This document shows positions 10,427 to 20,767 of a DNA stretch of 64,000 nt, piece after piece. Each line of letters opens with the position of its first letter. The first letter of the stretch is position 1. The DNA is from Opitutia bacterium (GTDB taxonomy: Bacteria > Verrucomicrobiota > Verrucomicrobiia > Opitutales > T3Sed10-336). A program made the position numbers and the translations under genes. The notes under the pieces were generated by a model, which saw only the letters and a program-made list of their open reading frames with translations, searched no databases and had not been told where the DNA came from. The stretch lies in the NCBI GenBank assembly GCA_050506795.1, contig JBJHCF010000003.1:32001-96000 (forward strand), read 5' to 3'.

Positions 10427-11332
10427 ATGACGTCTTACAACCTAACTCATTTGCAGCAACTCGAAGCTGAAGCGATCTTCATCATGCGTGAAGTCGCGGC
10501 CCAGTTTGAGCGCCCGGTGCTGATGTTTTCCGGAGGCAAGGATTCCATTGTGATGGTCCGGTTGGCTCAGAAAGCGTTTCACCCGGCCCGCTTTCCGTTT
10601 CCTTTGCTGCACATCGATACCGGCCACAATTTCCCGGAAACCCTCGAGTTTCGCGACAATTTGGTGAAGGAACTCGGCGAGCGCCTCATCGTGCGCACGG
10701 TGCAGGACTCCATCGACCAGGGAAGGGCGTCCGAGGAAAAAGGGCCCAATGCCAGCCGAAACGCGTTGCAGACCGTGACACTGCTCGATGCGATCGAGGA
10801 GTTTTCCTTCGACGCCGCCATCGGGGGCGCCCGGCGGGACGAGGAAAAGGCGCGGGCGAAGGAGCGTTTCTTCTCCCATCGCGACGAGTTCGGGCAATGG
10901 GATCCCAAGAATCAGCGCCCCGAACTCTGGTACCTCTTCAACGGCAAAAAGAGCGTCGGCGAGCACTTCCGGATTTTCCCTCTTAGCAACTGGACGGAAA
11001 TGGATGTCTGGCAGTACATCGCCCGGGAAAAGCTGGCGTTGCCCACCATCTATTTTTCCCACGATCGAGAGATCGTCGCCCGCAACGGGATGATACTGGC
11101 CAATTCGCCTCACATCACGGTCGGGGACAAGGAAAAGGTGGAAACCCGGCGCGTGCGTTTTCGCACGGTGGGCGACATGACCTGTACCGGGGCGGTGGAG
11201 TCGGTGGCGGATTCCATCGACGATATCATCGCCGAGGTCGCCGCCGCCCGCGTCACGGAACGCGGCGGGCGGGCTGACGACAAACGTTCGGAAACCGCGA
11301 TGGAGGACCGGAAAAAACAAGGATATTTCTAA
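10427..11332 (+). CDS. cysD: Sulfate adenylyltransferase subunit 2
   Basis: FSGGKDS, GGARRDEEKARAKER, WDPKNQRPELW, MEDRKKQGYF. Confidence 0.97.
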   Translation: MTSYNLTHLQQLEAEAIFIMREVAAQFERPVLMFSGGKDSIVMVRLAQKAFHPARFPFPLLHIDTGHNFPETLEFRDNLVKELGERLIVRTVQDSIDQGRASEEKGPNASRNALQTVTLLDAIEEFSFDAAIGGARRDEEKARAKERFFSHRDEFGQWDPKNQRPELWYLFNGKKSVGEHFRIFPLSNWTEMDVWQYIAREKLALPTIYFSHDREIVARNGMILANSPHITVGDKEKVETRRVRFRTVGDMTCTGAVESVADSIDDIIAEVAAARVTERGGRADDKRSETAMEDRKKQGYF

Positions 11333-12609
11333 TGAGCGACCAAGCGCAAAAACTCGAAGAAATGGATCTGCTCCGCTTTACCACGGCGGGCAGTGTGGAC
11401 GACGGAAAAAGCACCCTGATCGGGCGCTTGATGTACGACACCAAGACGATCTTTGAGGATCAACTGGAGGCGATCGAAACGACCAGCCGCCAACGCGGCG
11501 ACGAAAACGTCAATCTCGCTCTGCTGACCGACGGTTTAAAAGCCGAACGCGAGCAGGGAATCACCATTGATGTGGCTTACCGTTATTTCGCCACGCCGAA
11601 ACGGAAGTTCATCATCGCCGACACCCCCGGCCACATCCAGTACACCCGCAACATGGTGACCGGGGCGTCCACCGCCAACCTGGCCGTCATTTTGATCGAC
11701 GCCCGCAAAGGGGTGGTGGAACAGACCTGCCGCCACGCCTTCATTGCGTCCCTTCTCAATATTCAGCACGTGGCGCTCTGCGTGAACAAAATGGATCTCG
11801 TCGATTATGACGAATCCGTTTACGACGCTATCGTCAAACGTTTCCGCGAGTTCGCGTCGCGACTCAACATCAACGACATCGCCTTTTTCCCCATCAGCGC
11901 CCTGAAAGGCGACAACGTGGTGGAAAAATCGGAAAACATGGCCTGGTACAAGGGACCTTCGCTGCTGTACCATCTGGAGAGCGTATACGTCGGCAACGAT
12001 CACAACCATGTGGACGCCCGGTTCCCGGTCCAATGGGTGGTGCGCCCCCAGTCCGACAAGTATCACGATTTCCGCGGCTTCGCCGGCAAGGTGGCCGGCG
12101 GGGTGTTTAAACCGGGCGATGAAGTGACGGTCCTGCCGTCCGGATTCTCCAGCCGTATCAAGTCTATACATACATTCGACGGCGAAATCCATGAAGCCTT
12201 CGCGCCGATGTCGGTCGCCATCACCCTGGATGACGAAATCGACATCAGCCGGGGTGACATGATCGTCAAGCCGAACAACCGTCCCGAGGCGCAGCAGGAC
12301 CTGGAAATGATGATTTGCTGGTTCAACGAGAAAAAGCTCAAATCCGGCGGAAAGTACGAGATTCGGCACACCACCCAGGATGCCAAGGCATTGATCAAAG
12401 AGGTTCGCTACAAGGTAAATATCAACACTCTCCACAAGATCGAGGACGACCTGGAGGTGGGTCTCAACGATATCGCGCGGGTGAGCGTGCGCACGTCGCG
12501 GCCGCTTTTTACCGACAGCTACCGGAAAAACCGCCTCACCGGCAGTGTCATCCTGATCGATCCGTTCACCCATGAAACGGTGGCGGCGGGTATGATCGTG
12601 CACCGTTGA
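11332..12609 (+). CDS. cysN: Sulfate adenylyltransferase subunit 1 (GTPase)
   Basis: GSVDDGKSTLIGRL, EREQGITIDVAYRYF, DTPGH, NKMD. Confidence 0.97.
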   Translation: MSDQAQKLEEMDLLRFTTAGSVDDGKSTLIGRLMYDTKTIFEDQLEAIETTSRQRGDENVNLALLTDGLKAEREQGITIDVAYRYFATPKRKFIIADTPGHIQYTRNMVTGASTANLAVILIDARKGVVEQTCRHAFIASLLNIQHVALCVNKMDLVDYDESVYDAIVKRFREFASRLNINDIAFFPISALKGDNVVEKSENMAWYKGPSLLYHLESVYVGNDHNHVDARFPVQWVVRPQSDKYHDFRGFAGKVAGGVFKPGDEVTVLPSGFSSRIKSIHTFDGEIHEAFAPMSVAITLDDEIDISRGDMIVKPNNRPEAQQDLEMMICWFNEKKLKSGGKYEIRHTTQDAKALIKEVRYKVNINTLHKIEDDLEVGLNDIARVSVRTSRPLFTDSYRKNRLTGSVILIDPFTHETVAAGMIVHR

Positions 12610-12619
12610 CGGAGAGCGA

Positions 12620-13498
12620 ATGAGCTGGATTTCGGTCTGGGGGCTGGCCGCTCGGCCGCGAACGTTGCCGGCCGCCGCCGCTCCTGTACTCGTCGGGACC
12701 GCGCTGGCGGTCGCGGACGGGTTGTGGCAGCCAGGGGCGTTTTTGTTCTGCCTGGTATTTGCTTTGCTGGTACAGATTGGAACCAATTACGCCAATGATT
12801 ATTACGACTTCATCAAGGGAGCGGATTTTGCCGGACGTCTCGGACCCGCCCGGGCCACCGCGGAGGGGTTCGTTCGACCGAACGTCATGCGTCGCGCCGC
12901 TTTCACTGCGTTCGGGCTCGCTTTCCTGGCGGGCCTGCCCCTGATCGCCTTCGGAGGCTGGTGGTTGCTTCCTGTTGGGGTGATCTGCATTTTATGCGGC
13001 CTCGCCTACACCGCGGGTCCCTGGCCGCTGGCTTACACCGGGTTGGGAGATGTGTTTGTATTCCTGTTTTTTGGCGTGGTGGCGGTGACTGTCACCTATT
13101 ACGTTCATACCGGAGTTGTCACCGGAGCGGCCTTCACGGTTTCCATTCCGGTCGGCGCGTTGATCACCAATGTATTAGTGGTGAACAATCTGCGCGATCG
13201 CCGCACCGACGGTCTGGCGGGGAAAAAAACGCTGGCCGTCCGTTTCGGCGAGAGTTTCTCTCTGGCGGAGTACATCGGATTGCTGGTGCTGGCTTTCGGA
13301 GCGGTGGCGGTGTTGGGGGTGACCCGTCCGGGGTGGGTGGTTTTGCTTCCGCTGACCTTGATTCCGTGGGCGATCCTTTTGCTCAGACGCTTCCTGAGCG
13401 CTGATTCCGGTCCGGAATACAATTCCGTGCTTTCCGAAACCGCGATATTCGCGCTGGCGTTCAGCCTATCGCTTTCGCTGGCTTTGCTCTTGTCCTGA
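12620..13498 (+). CDS. menA: 1,4-dihydroxy-2-naphthoate polyprenyltransferase (UbiA family)
   Basis: ARPRTL, NYANDYYD, NNLRD...GKKTLAVRFG; multiple transmembrane helices. Confidence 0.9.
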   Translation: MSWISVWGLAARPRTLPAAAAPVLVGTALAVADGLWQPGAFLFCLVFALLVQIGTNYANDYYDFIKGADFAGRLGPARATAEGFVRPNVMRRAAFTAFGLAFLAGLPLIAFGGWWLLPVGVICILCGLAYTAGPWPLAYTGLGDVFVFLFFGVVAVTVTYYVHTGVVTGAAFTVSIPVGALITNVLVVNNLRDRRTDGLAGKKTLAVRFGESFSLAEYIGLLVLAFGAVAVLGVTRPGWVVLLPLTLIPWAILLLRRFLSADSGPEYNSVLSETAIFALAFSLSLSLALLLS

Positions 13499-13657
13499 GG
13501 ATTCGGCCGCACGTCTAATAGGAATGGCACGGTTAAGCAGGTTCATCGTTTGAGAAACGGAATCGAAATCGGAATCGCTCCTCTGTTTCCAGGGGAACGG
13601 CCGATGCAATTCAGCTATGCTCCTTCGATCCACCGCCCTAACCGGGTGCCATTCCCT

Positions 13658-16279
13658 CTAATCGGGATCCGCGAAGAATGGGTGTTCCGGATCTCCGGCG
13701 CTGAGCATGAAGGCGAACAGAGCCCGCACCTGCTCTTCGTCCAGGCGATTGGTGAGGGCCGGGGGCATGGGAGACAGCGGTGAACGATACTGTTCGACTA
13801 TCCGGTCCCGCCGGATTTGGGTGAGGTCGCCCGGCGCAAACGGGTCGGTGATAATCATCAGGGAATCCTGGCTGAGGTTGGCCACGCGGCCGATAATCTG
13901 CGAGCCGTCCTCGAGGACAAAGACGGTGTCGGCGTATTGGTCGGAGACGTTGGTGTTGGGATAGACGATTTTTTCGGCGATGTCGCGAACGGAAAAACGT
14001 TGTGCCACCCGGGTAAGGTCCGGTCCGGAGATTCCCCCCTGGCCGGCGATCCGGTGACAGGCGAAACATGCGCCGAGGCTGAAAGCCTGTCGAGCCTGGT
14101 CGAAAGAAACGCCTTCCAGCTTTTCCCGCGGAGTTACCGCTTCCGTTAACTGGTCAACCGACCAGTGACGCTGATAAGGCGCGGCGGCAAGGTCACCCGG
14201 GACAGCCTGCGACTCGATTTCCACTTCCAGGAGGGCAGCCAACGCGGACCGTTCCGTCTCGCTCAAGGTCGCTTCGGCGTTGTTTCGAATGTCGCGGAGA
14301 AACCCGAGAAAACTCGCGCCGCCCCGGGTGCGCCCGGCGGAGGTAAACCAGGAGAAATAACGTGCCCGCTGCTCCGGACTCCAGCCGGTCTCCGCGGCGC
14401 TGAGAACTTTGGCGTAGTGTATCTGATCCTCCACCGTTTCGGAGTTCTCCATCAGGTTCAGCGTCCGCTCGACGGCCCGCGGCATTTTCAGGTAGACGGC
14501 CAGGCGGCTGAGTTCGCGGTTCTCCTCGCGCGATGCCGCCGGAAAAAGCGGGTCGAGTTGTGCCAACGCGCCGGCGCGGAGGTCCCCTTCGGGCTCGCCC
14601 ATGCGAGTGAATATCAACTGGTAGGCGCGCAGGAAAGCGAGTCGTTCCATCCGGGACAACTCGGTGAAATCAAGGCGTTGCAACTTTTCGACCAGGGGTG
14701 CTTGCAGTTCGGGGCTCCCCTGGCGTGCCAGGGCGATCACCGCTTCGATCGAAGTCCTCGGATCGGACGCTTCCAGCGCGCGATCCCGCCACCGGTCGAC
14801 CGGCTGGTGCTCGATGGCCACCCTGGCGGCATAGCGTATCAAACGGTCCTCGTGATTCAGATGCGGCCAGGCGGCGTCGACGGCGCGGTCGTCTTCCATC
14901 CCGTGAAAGGTTTCCAGTTCCCGGCGCAAGAGGTGCAGGCGCTCCACTTCCGGATCGGTGAAACCGGCGGCTTCCATCGGTTGAACAGGTTCGTTCCCGA
15001 CGTAGGTGATCCGGTAGAGTTCGGACTGTGAGCTTCGTCCTCCCGTGGTAAAATACATGGCGCCGTCGTGCGGGTTGGCGCGCAACGCCGTGATGGCCAG
15101 GGGCGATCCCGACAGGAACGGTTCCGGCTCCTCGGCCCGGTAGCTGGAGCCTTCGGGGTGGATACGCGCGATGTCGAGTTTACCGAAGGACCAGTCGGCC
15201 AGAAACAATGCCTCACGGTAACGGGCGGGGAACGCGGCGTCGTAACCGAAGGTCACCGCGGTGGGCGAACCGACCCCCATATCCAGGAAAGCCGGTGTGG
15301 AATCCGGGTAATAGTCCGGCCACTTGCCCGAGCCGCTGCGCCAACCCAGTTCGCTGCCGCTGGTGGCGTGGTTCACGCGGGTCGGGCGGTACCAGGGCGT
15401 GCCGATATCCCATTCCATGTCGGAATCGTAGGCGAAAAGATCGCCGTGTTGATTGAACGCGATATCGTATGCGTTTCGATAACCGGTGGAATGGATATGA
15501 ACGTCGGATCCGTCCGGCTTCAGGCTGGCGATGTAACCGCCCGGCGCCAGAACTCCGACCGCATGACCCCGGGCGTCCCAGAGGCGGGGGAGAAGCAGAT
15601 CCTCATCCCACTGCGGAGGCACGCGGGTCCGAACGTAGGGCGGCATCCCGGTGAAGTTGCCCGCGACGATGAAAAGACGTTCGCCGTCGGGAGACAACCG
15701 GATGGAATGCGGGCCATGTTCCCCTTCGCCGCGGAGGGGCAGCAGGTGTTGTGCGGTGTCGAATTGATCGTCGCCAGTGGAGTCGGTCAGACGGTAAAGC
15801 CCCGGTCCCGACCCGAAACCGTCCGCAGCCACCATAACATAGAGGGAATCGAAAGCGTATTTGAGCCCCTGTGCGCCGCCGATAGGTCGACCTGCCGGGT
15901 CTCCCTCTTCGTCCCGGACCAGTACCTCAAGGGCCTCCACCAAAACCGGACCGGTTTCACCGATCGGGGGTGGTGTGACGCGGTACAGGGGGCCGTATTG
16001 GTCGGAGGTGATCAACCGTCCCCGGGGGTCCACCGCCAGGGAAACCCAGGACCCTTGTTCCTCCCGGGGAACGGAGTAGAGGCGTTCGACCCGGAATCCA
16101 TCCGCGATACGAAACCCCTCGGGAGCATTGGCTTCGACCCTTGCCTCGCTGATGGATGAAGGTGCGTCGGTGCTATCGCCGGGTACGGTTTCCGCCGGAG
16201 AGCATCCTTGAAGGAGAAGCAATACTCCCATGGCCGGGGTTGATGAGATGCGAAGTGTCATTCGGATGAGCTGTTTCAT
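13658..16279 (-). CDS. PVC-type putative membrane-bound dehydrogenase: beta-propeller + HEAT-like repeats + CxxCH cytochrome c; probable lipoprotein
   Basis: LLLLQGC lipobox, GEHGPH, GYRNAYD, DSDMEWD.G.PWYRPTR, CFACH...GPDLT, SPMP. Start at 16279 is a guess (the ORF extends to 16549). Confidence 0.85.
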   Translation of the reverse strand: MKQLIRMTLRISSTPAMGVLLLLQGCSPAETVPGDSTDAPSSISEARVEANAPEGFRIADGFRVERLYSVPREEQGSWVSLAVDPRGRLITSDQYGPLYRVTPPPIGETGPVLVEALEVLVRDEEGDPAGRPIGGAQGLKYAFDSLYVMVAADGFGSGPGLYRLTDSTGDDQFDTAQHLLPLRGEGEHGPHSIRLSPDGERLFIVAGNFTGMPPYVRTRVPPQWDEDLLLPRLWDARGHAVGVLAPGGYIASLKPDGSDVHIHSTGYRNAYDIAFNQHGDLFAYDSDMEWDIGTPWYRPTRVNHATSGSELGWRSGSGKWPDYYPDSTPAFLDMGVGSPTAVTFGYDAAFPARYREALFLADWSFGKLDIARIHPEGSSYRAEEPEPFLSGSPLAITALRANPHDGAMYFTTGGRSSQSELYRITYVGNEPVQPMEAAGFTDPEVERLHLLRRELETFHGMEDDRAVDAAWPHLNHEDRLIRYAARVAIEHQPVDRWRDRALEASDPRTSIEAVIALARQGSPELQAPLVEKLQRLDFTELSRMERLAFLRAYQLIFTRMGEPEGDLRAGALAQLDPLFPAASREENRELSRLAVYLKMPRAVERTLNLMENSETVEDQIHYAKVLSAAETGWSPEQRARYFSWFTSAGRTRGGASFLGFLRDIRNNAEATLSETERSALAALLEVEIESQAVPGDLAAAPYQRHWSVDQLTEAVTPREKLEGVSFDQARQAFSLGACFACHRIAGQGGISGPDLTRVAQRFSVRDIAEKIVYPNTNVSDQYADTVFVLEDGSQIIGRVANLSQDSLMIITDPFAPGDLTQIRRDRIVEQYRSPLSPMPPALTNRLDEEQVRALFAFMLSAGDPEHPFFADPD

Positions 16280-16555
16280 ATCTTGCTGGTGCAGTATGAG
16301 GTTAAGCGACTCGGTTGCGAGGCGAGCGCCCGGAATTTCATCGATCAAGACTCCGGGAGTTGATGGCGGTTTTGAGGAGCAACCTGTTCGCCGTGGCGAG
16401 ATATGGCAAGAAGGGAATCCCGCCGGATTGTTTTCAAACCCGTTAGCGAGAAAAAGGTTTGGCAAAGACTTCCGAAAGGGACAGTTTGTTTTTTCATCAC
16501 TCCTCCCCGACTGACCCTTGCCCGGGTCATGGGAAAACCCTGAAGACAAAAAGCG

Positions 16556-17158
16556 ATGATCAACGAATGGTGGACCGGGTTGGATTTCTCACTGCAGATA
16601 TTCTACGGGATCGGGATCTTTGCTTTGTTTCTGCTCGTGTTGCAGTCACTCCTGCTCATGATCACCGGCGGTGACGACGGGGGTGACATCGATTTCGATC
16701 CGGGCACCACGGGAAGTTATTTTTCCTTCAAGGGACTCACCGCCCTGGCAATGGGATTCGGGTGGACCGGGGTGATTTGTATGAAGGCGGGCCTGTCGCC
16801 GGCGCTCGCCGCAGTGATCGGGGTGGTGGTGGGCATCGGTATCGAAGCCGCTTTTCTCCTCCTCATGGCCCAGGTGTCGCGGTTGCAGAGCGACGGCACC
16901 TTCAAAACGGAATCGGCGGTGGGGTGTTTCGGCACGGTGTACGTCACGGTGCCCCCCAAAAGCTCCGGTGCCGGCGAGGTGGTGATTAAGACCGGGACCC
17001 GCAGCGTGCACATTCGCGCGTTCACCGAGGGCGAGCGGCCCCTGCGAAACGGCGACGAAATAGAAGTCGTTGGCCTCCGGGGAACCGCGGTCCTGGTCAA
17101 ACCGGTCGGCGGCGGCGAGGAAGCCGCGCCGGCCGCAGGGACGGCCCCGTCCAGTTGA
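16556..17158 (+). CDS. Short NfeD-like membrane protein (C-terminal OB fold)
   Basis: Three hydrophobic segments, G.VYVTVP...G.GEV; directly upstream of flotillin. Confidence 0.8.
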   Translation: MINEWWTGLDFSLQIFYGIGIFALFLLVLQSLLLMITGGDDGGDIDFDPGTTGSYFSFKGLTALAMGFGWTGVICMKAGLSPALAAVIGVVVGIGIEAAFLLLMAQVSRLQSDGTFKTESAVGCFGTVYVTVPPKSSGAGEVVIKTGTRSVHIRAFTEGERPLRNGDEIEVVGLRGTAVLVKPVGGGEEAAPAAGTAPSS

Positions 17159-17218
17159 TTCTCGCGCGGCCCTTTTTTTCCGGCCGCGCTCGTTGCTTCA
17201 AACCACAAAAAAGAGATT

Positions 17219-18640
17219 ATGGAAATGGACATCATTATCGGACTCGGCGGGTTGCTCCTCCTGTTGCTCGTTTCATTGGCTGCGGCCTTTGCCTGTTACA
17301 AACGGTGTCGTTCGGACCAGATTCTGGTAGTGTACGGAAAAGTGGGTACGGGGGAGAGCGCCCGGTGTATCCACGGCGGCGCCGCTTTTGTCTGGCCGTT
17401 GCTGCAGGGGTACCAGTTCCTGGACCTGACCCCGATGAACGTTGACGCCAACCTGACCGGGGCACTTTCGCAACAGAACATTCGTATCGATGCCCCGGCC
17501 TCCTTCACCATCGGGATTTCGACCACTCCGGAAATCATGAAGAACGCGGCGGAGCGCCTGCTCGGTCTCAACCTGGGCAACATCCGGGACATGGCGCAGG
17601 AAATCATCATGGGGCAGATGCGTCAGGTGATCGCCTCCATGACCATTGAGGAAATCAATTCCGACCGGGAGAAGCTGATCGATGGTGTGACAAAATCCAT
17701 AGCCACGGAATTGGACAAGATCGGGCTCCGCCTGATTAACGTGAACATTCGCGACGTGACCGATCAGGGGGGCTATATTGAGGCGCTCGGACAGGAAGCC
17801 GCCGCCAAGGCTGTCAACGAAGCCAAGGTCAAGGTGGCCGAAGCCCGTCGCTTCGGTGAGGTCGGCAGTGCTTTGGCGGACAAGGAACGGACCGTGCAGG
17901 TGGCATCCGCACAGGCGGATGCCAAAGAGGGCGAGAACGAATCCGCCATCCGGGTTGCCGCTTCCGAAGCGACCCGCCGTTCCCGGGAGGCCGAGTACCT
18001 GGAGAAAGCGGAAACCTCGGAACGAATCGCCCAGGCGAATATCGAAGCCAACTCCTATGAGGCCAAAAAACGGGCGGAAGAGGCCAGGGCCGACGTCGAG
18101 CGGGCCACCCAGTACGCCAACGAAATCGTGCCGGCGGAAACGCAGCGTGACCGCATTCGGGTGCACGCCGAGGCCGAAGCGCAGAAGCAACGCGTGGAGG
18201 CGGAAGGCCGGGCCGATGCCATCCGTTCGGTGCAGAAGGCGGAAGCGGACGGTATTCAGGCCAAACTGGAAGGTCGCGCCGAAGGTTTCAAACGTTTGAC
18301 CGAAGCCGCCGGAAGCCGTCCCGATCTCGCGATCAATTTGCTGATGGTCGAACAGATGCCCAACCTGGTCGAAGCGCAGGCGGAAGCCATCAAGAACCTC
18401 AAGATCGACAAGGTCACCGTCTGGGACGGTGGCGGCGCCAACGGCGAAGGCTCCACCAAGAACTTCGTTCGCAGCCTCGGGGGCGCCCTGCCGCCCCTGC
18501 ACGCCATCGCCGCCCAGGCCGGAATCGAACTGCCGGAGTTTATGGGCCGGGTGCAAAGCGACCGCGAAATCAAAAAGTCGCCCGGTGAATCGAAACGCCC
18601 GGCGGGCAGTGATAATCGGAAGCAATCCAGCGAGGATTAA
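17219..18640 (+). CDS. Flotillin / SPFH domain protein
   Basis: N-terminal TM, HGGAAFVWP, AAERLLGL, AEA-rich coiled coil, IKNLKIDKVTVWD. Confidence 0.92.
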   Translation: MEMDIIIGLGGLLLLLLVSLAAAFACYKRCRSDQILVVYGKVGTGESARCIHGGAAFVWPLLQGYQFLDLTPMNVDANLTGALSQQNIRIDAPASFTIGISTTPEIMKNAAERLLGLNLGNIRDMAQEIIMGQMRQVIASMTIEEINSDREKLIDGVTKSIATELDKIGLRLINVNIRDVTDQGGYIEALGQEAAAKAVNEAKVKVAEARRFGEVGSALADKERTVQVASAQADAKEGENESAIRVAASEATRRSREAEYLEKAETSERIAQANIEANSYEAKKRAEEARADVERATQYANEIVPAETQRDRIRVHAEAEAQKQRVEAEGRADAIRSVQKAEADGIQAKLEGRAEGFKRLTEAAGSRPDLAINLLMVEQMPNLVEAQAEAIKNLKIDKVTVWDGGGANGEGSTKNFVRSLGGALPPLHAIAAQAGIELPEFMGRVQSDREIKKSPGESKRPAGSDNRKQSSED

Positions 18641-18684
18641 TCCGCGCCCGGATTTAAAGCGCTACTGAACGTTGCGGGGACCCC

Positions 18685-18720
18685 CGTCGGGGTCAGCCCT
18701 TAAAATAGGGGACCCCGACG
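18685..18720. terminator. Hairpin between convergent genes
   Basis: Perfect 10-bp inverted repeat CGTCGGGGTC/GACCCCGACG; no strong U-tract. Confidence 0.5.
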
Positions 18721-18739
18721 AACCCGGCCCGGGAGTGAG

Positions 18740-19771
18740 TCAAAAAGAGTAGCTCACCTGGACGCGGCTGTGGAGCAGCGTTTCGGTTCGACGTTCCTTT
18801 TGGGGGCGTTGCACGGAAAGCGGTGTGTAGAAGAAGCCTCCGGAGAGTTCCAGCCTATCGGTGATCGGATAGCTCATTCCCGCGGTGGCGGCCCAGGTGT
18901 AACCGTCGGTGTAGAGCCGGCGGTTGTCGCGGCGTACCGGGTTTTGCCGGGGGGCGTCCACCTCGAATTCCAAGTCCATGTACTGCCCGGAGAGGCCCGC
19001 GTAGGTCACAAGATCCGTTTCCACTCCCGGGATTCCATCGAGACGGTAAGACACCGCCAGTTCGACTCCATGAACGATCGCCCGCAGCGTGTCGTTTGAT
19101 GTTCCGGAACAGAACGGGGAGAATGCCGGTTCGTGCGTTCGGCCCTCGGGACAGGTGAAGGACCCGCGCACGTGGGAGTATTGAGCGAAAACGCGGGCGC
19201 CCAGGCGAAACGATTCCGTTTCCCACAGGGGTCGGTTCAGGGAAACCGCGTACAGGGCGGCGCGGGCGTCAAACGCATCTAGCGGCGGCGCATAACTGAA
19301 CGTCGCGGAAAAATCAGCCGGGAGGCCGATTGTGAGCCGCGGACGAAAGATCGCGGGCGCCTTGTTGAGGTCTTCCGGCTTGCTTCCCCCGAAACCCACC
19401 CGCTGTTCGTCTTCATCGAGCGTCGGCAGGTGGATGAATTCCAGGCTCAGGACGGTTTCCCAGGGCTCCATTGGTTTCGGCGCCCCGTAACCAGTGAACA
19501 ACATGGCGGAGGCGAAGTACTTCATCGCCCAGGCTTCCGGCGCACGATGAAAGTCGACTTCCTCTGATGGCGCCTGTTGTCCGTAGGCGGGAACAGGGCC
19601 TCCGCCAAGTGCTGGAATCAAGATGAAACAAAAGACGATCCCTGTCCGATAACCCGGCGAGCTTTGGAGGCCGAAGCGCCTGGTTTTCGCATGCGAGAAA
19701 CGGTTGCCGGTGTCGGTTGGTGAGGTCTTGTTCATGCGGTCGCCGTACGGTTGTCGATTCTCCGCGTTCAT
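18740..19771 (-). CDS. Hypothetical exported protein, probable outer-membrane beta-barrel
   Basis: Signal-like segment, alternating amphipathic strands, C-terminal VQVSYSF. Start uncertain. Confidence 0.6.
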   Translation of the reverse strand: MNAENRQPYGDRMNKTSPTDTGNRFSHAKTRRFGLQSSPGYRTGIVFCFILIPALGGGPVPAYGQQAPSEEVDFHRAPEAWAMKYFASAMLFTGYGAPKPMEPWETVLSLEFIHLPTLDEDEQRVGFGGSKPEDLNKAPAIFRPRLTIGLPADFSATFSYAPPLDAFDARAALYAVSLNRPLWETESFRLGARVFAQYSHVRGSFTCPEGRTHEPAFSPFCSGTSNDTLRAIVHGVELAVSYRLDGIPGVETDLVTYAGLSGQYMDLEFEVDAPRQNPVRRDNRRLYTDGYTWAATAGMSYPITDRLELSGGFFYTPLSVQRPQKERRTETLLHSRVQVSYSF

Positions 19772-19818
19772 GCCGTTGATTCCTCGTTCAGGTTTAACTT
19801 TCAGTCGATCGCGCGCGG

Positions 19819-20604
19819 CTACTCCACCCTAACCCGGTAAAACCGCGACGGTTCCTCCGGATCGGCATCGGAGATCTGCACCGGGTCGCCATTGCCTTCG
19901 ATCACTTCGAGCACCTGCCATTCCAGGGTGTCCAGCGGGCCTTCGAGCGCGTTGACGTATTCCACCGTGTAGGTGCGGTCGGGCTCGGTGGAGAAAGAAA
20001 GTTCGACGACGCCATCGTTAAAGACGACATTCAGCGACCCGGGCGTCTCCGGTTCCGCCGGCGGAGGCGTCAGTTCCGCGGTGTCGCCGGCGAAGTTCCG
20101 CACCGTTGCCGGTTCCACCACGTCTCCGTTCCGGTCCAGGGAACGAAAACCGTCGGTCGGGATGAAATCGTAGGTCAGAATATTGTGGGGGGAGGCCCAG
20201 GCCATATCCTCCATGTCGAAGGTGGCGGTATTTTCGAACACAACACGGATAAAGTTTTCCGGTATGATAAAATCCGGTTCCACCCCCTCGATCGGCCCGG
20301 TGGCCAGAAGCATGAAACGTCCCGCCGTGGATTGACCGCCCGTGTCCAGGTTTGACGGAAACGTATAGCTTTGCTGGTCTTCCCCGCCGTCACGGTAGGT
20401 GAATATCGTCTGCCCTGCCACGAATTCTTCGTTCGAGGAGGGATTGAACATTTGTATGAATTGCACGGAGCCGTCCGCATTGGAGTAGATTTGCCGGATC
20501 TCCCAGAGATGAAATATTCCGTAGGCACGTTCGCATACGAAAAGACCTGCTGAGATCATCAGGGCCGATAAGGCGCAACCTTTAAGGCGTTTACAGGGGC
20601 TCAT
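19819..20604 (-). CDS. Exported protein with C-terminal FYRVRVE-type module
   Basis: Signal peptide, FHLWEIRQIYSNADGSVQF domain, Pro-rich linker, C-terminal TYTVEY..L...W......D......RFYRVRVE. Confidence 0.75.
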   Translation of the reverse strand: MSPCKRLKGCALSALMISAGLFVCERAYGIFHLWEIRQIYSNADGSVQFIQMFNPSSNEEFVAGQTIFTYRDGGEDQQSYTFPSNLDTGGQSTAGRFMLLATGPIEGVEPDFIIPENFIRVVFENTATFDMEDMAWASPHNILTYDFIPTDGFRSLDRNGDVVEPATVRNFAGDTAELTPPPAEPETPGSLNVVFNDGVVELSFSTEPDRTYTVEYVNALEGPLDTLEWQVLEVIEGNGDPVQISDADPEEPSRFYRVRVE

Positions 20605-20767
20605 ACCGGATCTCCTTCCTCATTTTGTGGTGGTAAGAACGAATCTGGCCATCCGTCAGGGCAGTGGAGCCAGCAGCAGGCTCGGAGCCAGATCAGGTTG
20701 TATCGGAAGGCAAAAATATAAATTTCGAGTTGTCAAACAAAAATATTTCTACACTATAAATCTTCAA

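Noticed and set aside
16455..16495. GGCAAA...GAAA stem resembling a c-di-GMP-I riboswitch
   Set aside because: The downstream GCAAA junction and P3 elements are missing.
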